Below, piece after piece: positions 63,589-64,000 of a stretch of 64,000 nucleotides of DNA. Source of the DNA: Leptospiraceae bacterium (GTDB lineage Bacteria > Spirochaetota > Leptospiria > Leptospirales > Leptonemataceae); contig JAVJNR010000003.1 in assembly GCA_040217195.1 (NCBI GenBank), positions 1-64,000 of the forward strand, in the 5' to 3' direction. The stretch's first letter is position 1, and the number at the start of each line of letters is the position of its first letter. The notes below the pieces were generated by a model. That model worked only from the letters and a program-made list of their open reading frames with translations. It did no database searches and had not been told where the DNA came from. The position numbers were made by a program, and so were the translations under genes.

Positions 63589-63711
63589 TAGTAATACCGA
63601 AGTGGGATCCTTGAGTCCAGAGCTGCCCGGTTACATGGCAGGGGACAAAATCCAGAATTTCGGTCGATTTAATGAGTTGCCGTGCAGCGCACCATATAAT
63701 TTTGCTGCATT

Positions 63712-64000
63712 GTGAGTCGGATTGCTACAGATCTGCTCCGGATTTTTGCCGTGACCTGCATCGTGTTTAACCACGTGAGCTGGCCACTTTTTGTTTCTTC
63801 GGCCAGCGCCTCCGGTGGCATGCTGGCCCACATTTCAGCCATCTTCAATCAGCTGGGCAAACCTTCGGTACTATTCTTTCTATTTCTTTCCGGCCTGGCA
63901 TTTTCGGGGAAGCGGGAACACCTGACCATTGCTGGATTCTACCGCAGCCGATTGCTGCGAATTCTACCTCCTTTCCTATTATTCTCTTTGATATTTTTTC
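63712..64000 (+). CDS. acyltransferase family 3 membrane protein, 5' part
   Basis: DLLRIFAVTCIVFNH...VLFFLFLSG...FYRSRLLRILPP; runs off the window; not in ORF track. Confidence 0.8.
   Translation, partial: MSRIATDLLRIFAVTCIVFNHVSWPLFVSSASASGGMLAHISAIFNQLGKPSVLFFLFLSGLAFSGKREHLTIAGFYRSRLLRILPPFLLFSLIFF

Overview
Bacterial chromosomal window, most likely from a Leptospirales (Leptospira/Leptonema-like) spirochaete. This is inferred from the GyrB, DksA and 7TM-DISM protein styles and was not searched. Bases 1-8000 are a compositionally mosaic accessory island: the end of a HigA-type antitoxin, an IS481-family element whose transposase has a nonsense codon, about 11 mostly small immunity-like or hypothetical genes (including an LRR protein and a DKNYY-like protein), and an internally deleted IS3 remnant. 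Bases 8000-18600 hold mostly co-oriented orphan membrane, lipoprotein and enzyme genes with hairpin-rich spacers. The rest is largely housekeeping: a phasin-like gene with two PhaR-like boxes, dksA-gyrB-mutS (no gyrA), nadA, nadC, ispF, a UPF0182 protein, mltG, rplM-rpsI, feoAB and transporters. The most unusual items are (i) a non-coding 3 x 122-bp tandem repeat built of hairpins with mutually exclusive pairings, directly upstream of an NSS transporter, (ii) a small HTH protein with a histone-H1-like tail, (iii) a phasin/PhaR-box signature in an apparent spirochaete, and (iv) a 7TM-DISM/PAS receptor fused to an RsbW-type kinase domain. No CRISPR array, rRNA, tRNA, integron integrase or recognisable defence system was found. 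No complete novel system can be established from the sequence alone.
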